A DNA stretch of 64,000 bases, from the NCBI GenBank assembly GCA_963702535.1, contig CAVPDG010000022.1, forward strand, positions 31,691 to 95,690, read 5' to 3'. The translations under genes were made by a program, and so were the position numbers. Positions 50,202 through 60,663 of this stretch are shown piece by piece. Within the stretch, counting starts at the first letter, position 1; every line of letters starts with the position of its first letter. This stretch comes from an uncultured Chloroflexia bacterium. Lineage in GTDB: Bacteria > Chloroflexota > Anaerolineae > Anaerolineales > UBA4823. Below the pieces are notes generated by a model. That model worked only from the letters and a program-made list of their open reading frames with translations. It did no database searches and had not been told where the DNA came from.

Positions 50202-51539
50202 ATGGACTCGGCTTATAACTGCTGGCTGGAATGCTCGCGGGGCTGCGGGCAGCGCTACCCGATCTACGAAGTGATCTACCGCTGCGAGAAGTGCGGCGGG
50301 CTGCTGGACGTGGAGCACGACCTGGAGGCTCTGCGCCGGCGGGAGGCGGGCGATTGGAAGGCGCTCTTCGATGCGCGCCTGCACACCAACGCCTGGCCCT
50401 ACGGCAGCGGGGTGTGGGGCAAGAAGGAATGGGTGCTGCCCCTGGTGGATGACGATAACGTGGTCTCGATGTACGAGGGGCAGACCAACTGCTTCTGGGC
50501 GAAGGAGCTGGGCCGCGAGCTGGGGATGAGCGACCTGTGGATCAAGCTGTGCGGCAACAGCCACACCGGCTCCTTCAAGGACCTGGGCATGACGGTGCTG
50601 GTCTCGGCGGTGATGCAGATGCGGGCGGACGGGCATCCGGTGCGGGCGGTGGCGTGCGCCTCGACGGGCGACACCTCGGCGGCGCTGGCGGCTTACGCCG
50701 CGGCGGCGGGCATCCCGGCGATCGTCTTCCTGCCCAAGGGCAAGGTATCCACGGCGCAGCTCATCCAACCGATCGCCAACGGGGCGCTGGTGCTGGCGCT
50801 GGACACCGACTTCGACGGGTGCATGCGCATCGTGCAGGAGGTGACCGCTGACCGCAGCCTGTACCTGGCGAACTCGATGAACCCGCTGCGCATGGAGGGG
50901 CAGAAGACGGTGGGGGTGGAGATCGTGCAGCAGTTCGACTGGGAAGCGCCGGACTGGATCATCATCCCGGCGGGGAACCTGGGCAACGTCTCGGCGCTGG
51001 GCAAGGGGCTGCTGATGATGCGCGAGCTGGGGCTGATCGAGCGGCTGCCGCGCATCGCCTGCGCCCAGGCGGAGCGGGCCAACCCGTTCTACCGCAGCTT
51101 CCAGGAGGGGTTCCGGTCTTACGCGCCGCTGCAGGCGGAGAAGACGCTGGCGAGCGCCATCCAGATCGGGGCGCCGGTGAGCTACGAGCGGGCGGTGAAG
51201 GTGCTGCGCCAGTTCGACGGGGTGGTGGAGCAGGCGAGCGAGGACGAGCTGGCTGAGGCTTCCGCCCGCGCCGACCGCAAAGGGCTGTTCTGCTGCCCGC
51301 AGACGGGGGTGGCGCTGGCGGCGCTGTTCAAGCTGGTGGAGCGGGGCGTGATCCGGCGCTCGGAGCGGGTGATCGTGCTCTCCACCGCCAGCGGGCTGAA
51401 GTTCACCGGCTTCAAGGTGGACTACCACGAGGGCGCCCTGGCGGGGGTGGAGGCGCGGCACGCCAACCCGCCGCTGGAGCTGGCAGCCGACGCCGGACTG
51501 GTGCGGGAGGCGATTGAGAGGGCGTTGGAAAGCGGGTAG
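50202..51539 (+). CDS. thrC: Threonine synthase (plant-like subfamily)
   Basis: [45 protein letters not shown]. Confidence 0.92.
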   Translation: MDSAYNCWLECSRGCGQRYPIYEVIYRCEKCGGLLDVEHDLEALRRREAGDWKALFDARLHTNAWPYGSGVWGKKEWVLPLVDDDNVVSMYEGQTNCFWAKELGRELGMSDLWIKLCGNSHTGSFKDLGMTVLVSAVMQMRADGHPVRAVACASTGDTSAALAAYAAAAGIPAIVFLPKGKVSTAQLIQPIANGALVLALDTDFDGCMRIVQEVTADRSLYLANSMNPLRMEGQKTVGVEIVQQFDWEAPDWIIIPAGNLGNVSALGKGLLMMRELGLIERLPRIACAQAERANPFYRSFQEGFRSYAPLQAEKTLASAIQIGAPVSYERAVKVLRQFDGVVEQASEDELAEASARADRKGLFCCPQTGVALAALFKLVERGVIRRSERVIVLSTASGLKFTGFKVDYHEGALAGVEARHANPPLELAADAGLVREAIERALESG

Positions 51540-51601
51540 AGACAGGTGTCAGGCGCCAGGTCCGAAAAGAGAAAGGTCAGTAAATCAAGAGTCAGCGGTG
51601 A

Positions 51602-51883
51602 GAGGCGGCAACGAGGTTGAGATGGTCAAAGGTGGATTGAAAATATAGGCGTCCACGAGTGAATGCCGTCCACGAACAGGGCGCGAAGGCGCGAAAGACA
51701 TTTGCAATGGACAGATTTCGATGATCCGGGATGTCCTTCGTGGCTAGGCGCCTGCGTCCAGTACACACCGGGACCAGTACCTATGCTCTAATTGCAAACC
51801 GGATGGGAGGAAAAGTAGGGATTCGAGGGAGTGAATTTTGGAGGGGGAAGTTGGCGATTGCGAGATTCAGTGAAGCAGCGATG
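51602..51883. repeat. Diverged non-coding direct repeat, copy A
   Basis: Shares ordered blocks with 54682-54905: TTGAGATRGTCAAAGG, TCCACGAGTRAATGCCGTCCACGAA, TGATCCGGGATGT, TCTAATT, TCGAGGG, AGATTCA..CAGCGATG. Confidence 0.75.
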
Positions 51884-52016
51884 AAGCGACTTCTACTGTC
51901 CTGGAGAAGTAATTGGCGCACCCGGGAATACAGCTGACCTCAAAGTTGATGGGATTACCCAGGCAATGGTTGGGGATGCATTGCTATACAAACCGCACGC
52001 TCTCTGGATGAACGAA

Positions 52017-53300
52017 TTATGGGTTACAGTTTTCCTCCCCGGGAAAGCTATCCGGCGCGGCCTCCCATCCAGCGACATCAAGGATATCGGTAACATTCGG
52101 CATTTTGTACAATTCTCTTGTGTTTACATCAAAGATTTTAAGGCCATATTCCAATTGATCCTCAAAACACCAAAAACAAGCGATACGACTTGTCGATCCA
52201 AAAGGTTTCATACCCCCATTTCCTGCCGGAACATTTTCTAGTGAACGTACTACCTTCCCACTCGCTGGATCGATCCAGCGAATGACATCATCATCCCATG
52301 TCCCAAGAATATTGTCGTCTTCCCACCAAAATTCATCTACCTCCCCTACGGGAACGATGTTTTGATTTTCAGAGTTGGCTATCCAAAGGTTAGACCTGTC
52401 AAATGCAATGTATTTGAGAACAAAATACTTGCTATTTGGCGACCACAATATTCCATCCGGCGCATTGCCTGCTTCCGGAAGAGTTTGATATTCTACATGC
52501 TGGTTTCCATGGTAATCGGCACTATAAATTTTAAGAGTATCATTTTCGTCATAGTCGGTGTAAGCCAGCAATTGGCTGTTTGGAGACCAATCGAATTTCC
52601 ACGCCCCACCGTTTTTTGATATGAAGAAAGGCCCTTCTGAACCGTCAGTTGACATCACCGCCAGGTTTTCAACCGGATAATGATATCCTTGCCCGGTATC
52701 CTCCATCAGTTCTCCGCTGTGGATCTCCATGGCAACATAAGCTTCGGATGGAGATAACTTAACCCCAGGCCAGATCTCCATTGATTTAATCTCAGGCAGG
52801 TTTTCATGGGAGAATATCGTGCGCAGGATATTCCCGCGGAAATCCACCTCAACGATATCGGCGTTATCCAAATAGAGGTAAAATCCACACCCCTGCCGGG
52901 TCCAACCCAAAAAATGTGCATCAGAGATGTAGAGCTCGGGATTTATCGCTCTGGTTTCACCTGTGTTTACATCCTGTAGGTAGATCTCGCCGCCAAATCC
53001 CATTTGAATGATCAGGGGGTTTCCCAGCAACCCATCTGTTGCCTCTGGCCAGATCGTGGGTGTGATCGTGATTTGTTCATGAACGCCCGTAGGCGTAGGA
53101 GTATCCACGTTTCTCAAATCCAAGGTGGGTGAAACAAGGATCCAGGCAGTTGGAGTTCCATAATCGAGGGGGACCGTCGCCGATGGGCTTTTTGTCGAGA
53201 TAGGAGAGGGTTGGGAGGCAAGAGCGCATCCTCCCAACAAGAGAATCGAGCCTATCTCACAAGCAATGACTGCTAGTGGTTTTTTCCTGTTAGTTTCCAT
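52017..53300 (-). CDS. Lipoprotein with TolB/PD40-like beta-propeller (candidate immunity protein)
   Basis: ATG at 53300, lipobox LGGC, WSPNS repeats; overlaps the end of the M23 fragment. Confidence 0.75.
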   Translation of the reverse strand: METNRKKPLAVIACEIGSILLLGGCALASQPSPISTKSPSATVPLDYGTPTAWILVSPTLDLRNVDTPTPTGVHEQITITPTIWPEATDGLLGNPLIIQMGFGGEIYLQDVNTGETRAINPELYISDAHFLGWTRQGCGFYLYLDNADIVEVDFRGNILRTIFSHENLPEIKSMEIWPGVKLSPSEAYVAMEIHSGELMEDTGQGYHYPVENLAVMSTDGSEGPFFISKNGGAWKFDWSPNSQLLAYTDYDENDTLKIYSADYHGNQHVEYQTLPEAGNAPDGILWSPNSKYFVLKYIAFDRSNLWIANSENQNIVPVGEVDEFWWEDDNILGTWDDDVIRWIDPASGKVVRSLENVPAGNGGMKPFGSTSRIACFWCFEDQLEYGLKIFDVNTRELYKMPNVTDILDVAGWEAAPDSFPGEENCNP

Positions 53301-53697
53301 ATCGTTCCGGTATTGTTTTGAAATCGGAATCATAACCATATATTGCACCCAGATCCAAAAAGTATTGACCCCAATCACTCTGAGCATACCCCCAAAAATA
53401 TCTGCCTTGAAATGGATCTGAAGAGGCCAGATTAACATTGCCAGCTGTTCGGACTTCAAAGTGGAGGTGAGCAGGTACCATATCATCGCCCTTCGTGATG
53501 CCGGTTGTACCGATTATTGTATCTGAATTAACATCTTCACCAACCCCAACAAAAAATCCACTGTTGCGCTCTGTACCTAAATGTGCATAGATAGAATAGA
53601 ACTTGTTATCGTATAGCTCGTGCTCGACCATGACATAATTACCAAAATCGTCAGACCAGCCAGAAGCTACCACAACACCGGGGGCGATGGGAGGCGG
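53290..53697 (-). pseudogene. 5'-truncated M23 peptidase, probable Rhs C-terminal domain
   Basis: PIAPGVVV..FGNYVMVEH..YAHL..IGTTG..HLHFEVR; no N-terminal HxxxD motif or start codon; abuts the nucleotidyltransferase gene. Confidence 0.75.
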
Positions 53698-53708
53698 CAA
53701 TTCGAGAT

Positions 53709-54287
53709 TCAGAGAGAAGATTGTTTCAAAGCTTTGTCCAGCAGATCTCCCACATCCAACTGGTGCGCCCACTTGTATAGATAATCAAGGTCGAGGTTCC
53801 CTGCTTGCACTTCCAAGATGCCCAAGACATCACGCCATTGTCGTTCAGAAACCTCACCACCCTGACGGTACCATTCTAATTTAGCCAGCAAGGTATCTTC
53901 AGGTGTAGCTACCCATGCTTCGGCAAGCGGTTCAACAGAGAGGGTCTGTCTTCGGGCGCGGGATAATTGCTGCTCTACGAACGGTCTCGGCCTCGGAATA
54001 AATACATCAACCTTAAAAAAGCTATCCCTATGGATAATATTGAAGGCGGATTGACGGGCAACGGCCCCGACAACCATCTCCTCGTCAATATAAAACTCGC
54101 CATCTAATTCTCGAATAAAACCGGCAACATGCTCCGGGCGCATTTCGGCTACGATGTCGGAATCCTGAGTGGTCCGAACCATACCATGCAGCGTGCTGGC
54201 CAAAGAGCCGCCAATCAGGTAGCGCACCTGTAATTTTTCCAGGACGACGGTCACCCTGGCGGTGATCAACACCGGATCAAGCAGCAT
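53709..54287 (-). CDS. Nucleotidyltransferase (pol-beta superfamily, DUF6036/DUF2204-like)
   Basis: YLIGGSLAS..HG..RTTQDSD, KVDVF, EDTLLAKL, RQWRD. Confidence 0.75.
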   Translation of the reverse strand: MLLDPVLITARVTVVLEKLQVRYLIGGSLASTLHGMVRTTQDSDIVAEMRPEHVAGFIRELDGEFYIDEEMVVGAVARQSAFNIIHRDSFFKVDVFIPRPRPFVEQQLSRARRQTLSVEPLAEAWVATPEDTLLAKLEWYRQGGEVSERQWRDVLGILEVQAGNLDLDYLYKWAHQLDVGDLLDKALKQSSL

Positions 54288-54531
54288 CTTCCGCTTCTCC
54301 AAGCACTTTTCGCGCCAGGTCTGGTCCGAGCAAAAGGTCAGCCAGCCGGCGGTTCAGCTCGGCATCCGTGGCGTGGGGAAAGCGCTGGCGCAGCCCGATG
54401 AGAGCCAGCCTCCTGGCAGAAGCATTCAACCCGGACAGCATTTCCATTTTACGCCAGGAGGGAACGGTACGCAGGAGCTGCACCTGGAGGGCTTCCATGG
54501 CGGGAGAAGTGTCGGTATAAAAAGGCGGCAT
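54277..54531 (-). CDS. Small helical partner of the nucleotidyltransferase (putative toxin-antitoxin component)
   Basis: 84 aa, DTSP..Q..LLR..P..RK..GLRQRFP; overlaps the NTase gene. Confidence 0.65.
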   Translation of the reverse strand: MPPFYTDTSPAMEALQVQLLRTVPSWRKMEMLSGLNASARRLALIGLRQRFPHATDAELNRRLADLLLGPDLARKVLGEAEDAA

Positions 54532-54681
54532 AAACCTAGTATAGCACGCAGGGTATACTTTAGTGTTTATATATTCTGCCCCAGGGGAGCGAGCACCTGA
54601 ACTAAGAAGGCGCGCAAGGAGGAACGGTGTGCGCCTGGTCTTTGAAAGGTGGCGGACCTGGCTATTCGGCTTGAAAGGTGC

Positions 54682-54905
54682 GAGGTTGCAGCGATATTGA
54701 GATAGTCAAAGGCAGAGCGACAAATAGAACTCTCCACGAGTAAATGCCGTCCACGAATGATATTTACAGCGGACGCACGTCTTGATCCGGGATGTATCAG
54801 TACATACGTTCTAATTACACAGCTATTGGAAGAAAAAACAAGGACTCGAGGGTGATTTTTAGGGGAAGAAGAGGCGGAGATTAAAGATTCAACGAATCAG
54901 CGATG
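54682..54905. repeat. Diverged non-coding direct repeat, copy B
   Basis: Same blocks as copy A; both copies lie just 3' of a beta-propeller lipoprotein gene. Confidence 0.75.
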
Positions 54906-54985
54906 TGGAGATACGGGAAAGAGGCTAAGAAGGGAGATGCGCCATACTATAAGCGCGAGGGGTACAAAGGCGAACGCACAAGCCT

Positions 54986-56404
54986 CTATGGCGACTGCAT
55001 CCACCCGAATGCCTCTACATCTTCCTTGATCTGGGCCGCGAAGCCGCGTGCCAGGTCAACCAGGACCACCCGGTATCGAACAGTACTGTGATCTGCTGTG
55101 TCGGTCCGCTCCGTAACAACCAACTGCTTCCCGTCTGGCGACCAAATCGGTCTGAAGTGAATCTCGGTACTTATACAAGAATCGATGACCTGGCGGGTCT
55201 GGGTATCCACGACAACCAAATCCGAGGTTTCACTTGGAATCCAGTTTTCATAGGTCGTAAGCCAGGCTGCAAGGTAGCGCCCATCCGGCGACCAGCTAAA
55301 ATTGGTCAGCCCCGATTTTTTGTACTTGAAGAGCTCGGTCAACTGCTCCACCTGTCCATCCCTGGTAACCAGAAAGATTTCAAACGCGGGTTCACCGTTC
55401 ACGTCTTCCACATTCCCCTGCACCGCCAGGCGGGAGCCATCTGGCGACCAGACTGGCATCGGAGCCCCGAATGGTCCATCGCCGGCGAAGACCGCATCCA
55501 GGGTTGCCAACAATTTCTGTTGCTGCAAGTCCCACAGCGCGTAGGTATAAATACCGTCATCACTGAGGTAAGGATAGATCACGCGGGTCAGGGTTGGGTC
55601 AATGAGCGTGCCTCCCCAGCCGTCCCAAAAAGCATCGCGAATCCTATAGATGCCTGTGTAATCCGGTTTCAGGACCTGCCGCTGGCCGGTGAATGGGTCG
55701 AGCAGCAACAAAGTCGAAGGTTTTTGGCCGTTTCCTTCGTCTGGGTCAAGGCCAGCCAGGCTGATCACCAAACGATGATTGTCAAGCCAGCCGAGCGGAC
55801 CCAACCAGCCATCCTCCCAGGGGATGGACTCCAACCGCTGCCCGGTCGCATCGGAGACCACCAACTCCTCACCGGTGATCTTATCCGAGGCGTCAACAAG
55901 TACGCGATAATAGGCAAGCAAAGTTCGATCCGGCGACACAACATGAGAACCTTGGTTTTCAGCAGGCATGCTGGCGATTTGCCGGCTATCGCCTGTCGCC
56001 AGATCGAGAAGGAACGTGTCTCGAGCAAAACGACCGTTGAGATCCAAGCGACTATCCAGGACGAGGACGCCTTCAATGCCGGCCTCCGGCGGCAGCTCAG
56101 GGAGGAACTCCAGGCACTGAGCCGCCAGATCCCCCTGCGGGAGAATGAGCGGGCTCAAGGAAGGCGTTAGCGTCACTGCCGCAGATGGTGTGACCGCCGG
56201 CGGGGCTGTCCTGCTGGGTGTTGGGGAAGGGACAACCACAGAGGCGACAGGTCCACCATCCGTCGATAAGGCAGCGGTGCTCGTCGGGGACGCAGGTCCG
56301 GTAGGAGCAGCATCACCCGACCCGGTGGTGATTACAGCCCTTCCCGTACAAGCGATTAGAAAAGGAATGAGCACAAATGATAGGAATATCGTCCGCGTTC
56401 TCAT
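54986..56404 (-). CDS. Lipoprotein with TolB/PD40-like beta-propeller (candidate immunity protein)
   Basis: ATG at 56404, lipobox LIAC, Pro/Thr linker, three WSPDG repeats. Confidence 0.8.
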   Translation of the reverse strand: MRTRTIFLSFVLIPFLIACTGRAVITTGSGDAAPTGPASPTSTAALSTDGGPVASVVVPSPTPSRTAPPAVTPSAAVTLTPSLSPLILPQGDLAAQCLEFLPELPPEAGIEGVLVLDSRLDLNGRFARDTFLLDLATGDSRQIASMPAENQGSHVVSPDRTLLAYYRVLVDASDKITGEELVVSDATGQRLESIPWEDGWLGPLGWLDNHRLVISLAGLDPDEGNGQKPSTLLLLDPFTGQRQVLKPDYTGIYRIRDAFWDGWGGTLIDPTLTRVIYPYLSDDGIYTYALWDLQQQKLLATLDAVFAGDGPFGAPMPVWSPDGSRLAVQGNVEDVNGEPAFEIFLVTRDGQVEQLTELFKYKKSGLTNFSWSPDGRYLAAWLTTYENWIPSETSDLVVVDTQTRQVIDSCISTEIHFRPIWSPDGKQLVVTERTDTADHSTVRYRVVLVDLARGFAAQIKEDVEAFGWMQSP

Positions 56405-56414
56405 GTGAGCATCC

Positions 56415-57165
56415 TTAATGGTGCCAATCATATGCCTGACGCGGGGAGTATACATAAAAGCTGGGTAGCACAAAAAAATAAACGGGGGCCGCACTATTGT
56501 ACGGTGTGTTGGGTAGCAAACCCGATTTGAGAAAGGACTTGACCCTAGATGGGTCATTCCCCCACTGGCTTGGACCAACTCTTAGACCACGTTCTATATT
56601 TCGATCTAACGTTGTTGGGTTTAGTGCTTTATTCCCGTATATGCGGGCAGGTTCTAACAAGCTTGCCCCCAACTTTCCTTGGCCCAGGTATCCTCCGGGA
56701 TTCTTAATACCGCTTATGAAACCACTGCTATCGTTCATACTCGTACGCTCTGCTATGAAATTGAAGACGCCATTGTAACAGGATGAACTGGTGCAGGTAG
56801 GATCTCTCCAACTTCCAACATATAGACTTTGTGATACTGCGACTGAAACCCAATCCGCGCGCATAAAGCGGTTATCATCATCAATAACCCAGTTCGCCTC
56901 ATGCATTATATACAATCTAAGAAAAGTGGCAACATCCATTGTCCCATTTGAATTCCACCAAGCATCACTATAGGCTACCATAACCAGATAGTAGTTATAT
57001 ATCTCCTGACCATGTTCGGTCAGCGCGACATCAACAGTTAAACCAGACCCGCCAGAACCAGTACCGGTACCGTCATTGTTCACACCCCCGCCAGGAGTCG
57101 TACCATCATCATCATCGTCAGGACAATCGGGATCTAGACCATGTTCATAGTTACAAATGGAAATT
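56415..57165 (-). pseudogene. Orphan Rhs-type C-terminal domain of unknown family, 5'-truncated
   Basis: Reading frame begins ICNYEHGLDPDCPDDDDGTTPGGG..GTGTGSGGSG, a Cys pair plus Gly linker like that after DPSGH at 58.7 kb; low GC. Confidence 0.55.
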
Positions 57166-57204
57166 GGTAACCAACCGGGCCACCTTTGAACCAGGCTATG
57201 GCCG

Positions 57205-57392
57205 GCTCAAAGGCGCCGGTTTGAAACCCTCGACGAACTGACCCGGGCGCTGAACGAGGCTATGCAGTACTGGAATTTGCATCGACATCCGTATCATTGG
57301 CGTAAAAGACCGCCACAGCAAGTGACCATCCTCGGTGGGTTCGGGATCAGCTGAACCACAATTAGTTTATCTATCTAGCGAGAGTACCCCTA
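57205..57392 (+). mobile_element. IS630-family transposase 3' remnant and right end
   Basis: Hand translation RRFETLDELTRALNEAMQYWNLHRHPYHW; ends ATCTAGCGAGAGTACCCCTA (terminal TA). Confidence 0.6.
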
Positions 57393-57415
57393 AGGTGCAG
57401 CTTCATAGCCCAATA

Positions 57416-57982
57416 TTATGGTAGTAACCGTGCGTCGTAATATGCGGCGTAAGATTTTCCAGTCTCCTTTCCCACACCCATAATGTAAATTCTAACTTTG
57501 TCGTGTTCAAAATCCGCAAAATCTAGATCATCTAATGCCCATGAGTTATTGATATGATAATCATATCGTTCAAGCCCGGCGGGTAATGTCTCCTCTGTAG
57601 GTGCGGGCTTCTGGAGATGGATTTCAGACCACGCCTCCGTCAATTCATCATAAATAAAAGTGCGGAGTCCAAAACCCTGATTCGGGAAGACAATCGGCTC
57701 CTTCGTATGGTTGTAAACGGCAAAATGAATGAACTTGGGAGAAGGCGTAGCATCGACCGCCATCAGATAACCAAATCTGACGATGGAGATACCGGTATTC
57801 AAATCCACATCCTTCGCGTAACTCTCAACAAAGTTATCATCAACAGCAGGAGGAAAAACACTCGGTGTAGAAGATGCCAGGTAAGTGGAATGCTGTTTTT
57901 GCAGTATGGAGAAGACTCCAATCGCGATGACTACAAAAACCAAAGCGACGGCAATCTTGGAAAACCGACTAGCTATTGGCAT
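57416..57982 (-). CDS. Membrane-anchored hypothetical protein (candidate immunity protein)
   Basis: N-terminal TM helix; low GC; follows an Rhs CT. Confidence 0.65.
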   Translation of the reverse strand: MPIASRFSKIAVALVFVVIAIGVFSILQKQHSTYLASSTPSVFPPAVDDNFVESYAKDVDLNTGISIVRFGYLMAVDATPSPKFIHFAVYNHTKEPIVFPNQGFGLRTFIYDELTEAWSEIHLQKPAPTEETLPAGLERYDYHINNSWALDDLDFADFEHDKVRIYIMGVGKETGKSYAAYYDARLLP

Positions 57983-58040
57983 ATTAGCCTCTATCGTTTC
58001 TTGACGTTTCCCCTGGTGGTACTATCTTTCCGGCGAGTTA

Positions 58041-58733
58041 TCAAGGTTGATTTCTAAACCTATAACTATTACTGATATCGGTCATATGCCACGTCTCAGA
58101 TAGAGACCAGATAACTATTATCTTGAGATAAGTCGGGCGATTTCTTTCGCCGTAGAAGGTGACTGTGGTAACGCGATGACCTGGAAAATCATCAAACTCT
58201 CCCAAACTGATTTCATGCCGGGTTTCATCGACAGTGGCAACATTCAGCATTGTTCCACCCCATGGTTTTACGGGAACAGGCATATTCTTAGGGTAATCGT
58301 AATCTTCATAGATTGTTATCTGTACTCCATTTTGATAGTAGTCTATGTTATATCTGGCATTGTAGTTTAGTACAACACCATTGAATTGATGTTGTTTTGT
58401 TTCCCCGTCAGCATATAGCCCACCGGCATAAAACACATTGGGAGATCCGCCTCCCTTACATTGACCTCCGAGATATGGACCCAAGTCGCAAGGCTCTCCA
58501 ATATGTGGAGTATCTGGGATATTCTCCTAGGTGCGGGCTGGGATTGTCGGCAACTGTGGAAAAAATAGTGTCGGCTGTTCGTTATTGGGAAGAATTACCA
58601 CTGGGATTGTATCGTTATTACCGCTCCCGTTGCTCCCCGTGTCACTCGTTCCTCCCCCTGTATCACCGGGCCAGCAATTGTATCCGTCTTCCTCGCAATT
58701 CCTGTGGCCGGAGGGATCAATATATTTTAAGGG
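58041..58733 (-). pseudogene. Orphan Rhs core end plus C-terminal domain with an in-frame TAG
   Basis: PLKYIDPSGH (Rhs PxxxxDPxG motif); ORFs 58527..58766 and 58041..58484 share a frame and are separated by one TAG at 58527-58529. Confidence 0.8.
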
Positions 58734-58744
58734 AGTACCCTGAA

Positions 58745-59135
58745 CAAGAAACACCCAACAAGTCACAGGATAGCGGATTGATCCGAGTGACTCATCCCCA
58801 TCATCCCTTGTACAATCAAGTTATTAAGGTTCTGCGCCGGGCGGGCAACCTGGCTTACCCCGAGCCCTGTTACCTGATCGAGCTGCCCGATCAAACCCGG
58901 GCCGAGCTGCCCTGTTCCTGGGCAATCCCGGCCGTTCCAGGGGAATACTCACTGCTCTGTTCCACACCGGCGCCGGAACTGTGGGCTGGGGTCGTCGAAT
59001 ACCTGGCCCTAGCCCATCTGGTTCAAGCCATATTGGCTCCGGCCATGGAGGAAAAGGCTAATGAGCGTCTCTCCTTTGATTGTACATCCAAACCCGCCCG
59101 AACAGAACAGTCCAGCGCCACCTTGGGAACAGTTC
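58745..59135 (+). mobile_element. Mobile-element remnant with a DUF5372/Y4bD-like small ORF
   Basis: RVTHPHHPLYNQ..LPDQTRAELPCSW resembles the family motif; truncates the Rhs core. Confidence 0.5.
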
Positions 59136-59137
59136 CC

Positions 59138-59359
59138 GGCGGAACGCGATCTCCGCATGGTCAAGCTGAAACAGAAAGTGTCTGGCTGTTTTCGCTCAAC
59201 AGAGGGCGCCAGAGTATTTTGCCAAATCCGCAGCTACGTCTCAACAGCCCGTAAAAACGGCCAGCCGGTACTGGATGTGCTGCAATTGGCTTTGACTAGA
59301 TCGCCTTATGTTCCTCCTATTCTTCAGGCTCGGTTGAGTTCACCAGCCTGAGCAGTTAC
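59138..59359 (+). mobile_element. IS66-family transposase 3' remnant with right end
   Basis: [31 protein letters not shown]; terminal CTGAGCAGTTAC. Confidence 0.85.
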
Positions 59360-59617
59360 TACAATTCTTACAATCTGTATCGCTAGATTAGGGAGATTAG
59401 TAGGTAAATGCCCCGTTGGATCAGAGTAAGATAATATACAAAATTTCACAAGAAACGTCAATAGAGATTTGGCTAGGGATTCTGCAGAATCCCATTCTTA
59501 TCCCTTTCCGCTACGGATTTCACCACTCATCCCGGCTATTCGTACAATCAGCATGGTTAAGTTTGTTATAATTCCGATAACAACTATCCCTTTTACCGTT
59601 ATGGAGATTTCCTTCCA

Positions 59618-60482
59618 ATGGCTACGCAACCACGCAAGATCAAGCAAATCATCGAGCCGCAGATGGTGATCGAGGGGGCGGGGGTGCTGCTGCGCCGCTC
59701 ATTCGGTCCCAGCCGGCTCAACCTGTTCGACCCCTTCCTGCTCTTCGACCATTTCGCCTTCAACGACCCACGCGAGGGACCGATCCGCGGCTTTCCCACC
59801 CACCCGCACCGCGGCATCGAGACGGTGACCTACATGCTGGAGGGCAACGTGCGCCACCGCGATTCGCTGGGCAATGCGGGGGTGATCGGGGCGGGCGACG
59901 CGCAGTGGATGACCAGCGGCAGGGGCATCCTGCACGAGGAGATGCCGCAGCGCGGACCGAACGGCGTGATCTATGGCTTCCAGCTCTGGGTCAACCTGCC
60001 CAGGGCGAAGAAGATGAGCCAGCCGCGCTACCAGGAGATCAGCGCCAAGGATATCCCCGCCGTCGAGAAAGACGGCGCCTGCATCCGCCTGGTGGCGGGG
60101 GACTACGCCGGCGTGCGCGGACCGGTGACGGAGATCGCCGCCAACCCGGTGTACATGGATGTGACCCTGGAGCCGGGGGCTGTGGTGAGCCTGCCGGCGC
60201 CGGCGGGGCACGCTGCCATCGCTTACCTGTTCGAGGGAGAGGCGCTGTTCGGCGCAGAAGGCGAGGAGCAGCACGTGGTCCTCCGTGCACATGCTTGCCT
60301 TCGAGGATGGAGACCAGGTGCGCGCCCAGGCGGCGCCCGGTGCGCCGGCGCGCTTCATGCTGATGGCGGGGGCGCCGTTCAACGAGCCGGTGGTGCCCTA
60401 CGGACCGTTCGTGATGAACACGCAGGAGGAGATCCAGCAGGCGCTGATGGATTTGCGCAACGGGACATTCGTCCAGAATTGA
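59618..60482 (+). CDS. Pirin family protein; frameshift near 60285
   Basis: DPFLLFDH, HPHRGIETVTY, GILHEE, FQLWVNLP; EPVVPYGPFVMNT in ORF 60285..60482. Confidence 0.92.
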
Positions 60483-60485
60483 CCC

Positions 60486-60513
60486 GTAGGGGCGGAGGAC
60501 CATCCGCCCCTAC
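60486..60513. repeat. REP-like palindrome (GTAG type)
   Basis: GTAGGGGCGGA-N6-TCCGCCCCTAC. Confidence 0.6.
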
Positions 60514-60557
60514 TATCGACCCCCACCCCGGCCCTCGAAGCGGGGGAGGGAAAATCA

Positions 60558-60609
60558 AACGAAAAAAGGGCACTTTGGCGGCTTCACCGCCAAAGTGCCT
60601 TTTTTCGTT
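60558..60609. terminator. Bidirectional intrinsic terminator
   Basis: AAAAAAGGGCACTTTGGCGG-CTTCA-CCGCCAAAGTGCCTTTTTT between convergent genes. Confidence 0.85.
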
Positions 60610-60663
60610 ATGCATACCCGTGCAAAATTACAAGGAAAGCAAAAGGGAAACAGCCACATTAAT

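Noticed and set aside
58527-58529. Pyrrolysine or readthrough at the in-frame TAG
   Set aside because: No pyl genes seen and the gene is already 5'-truncated; a nonsense mutation or sequencing error is simpler
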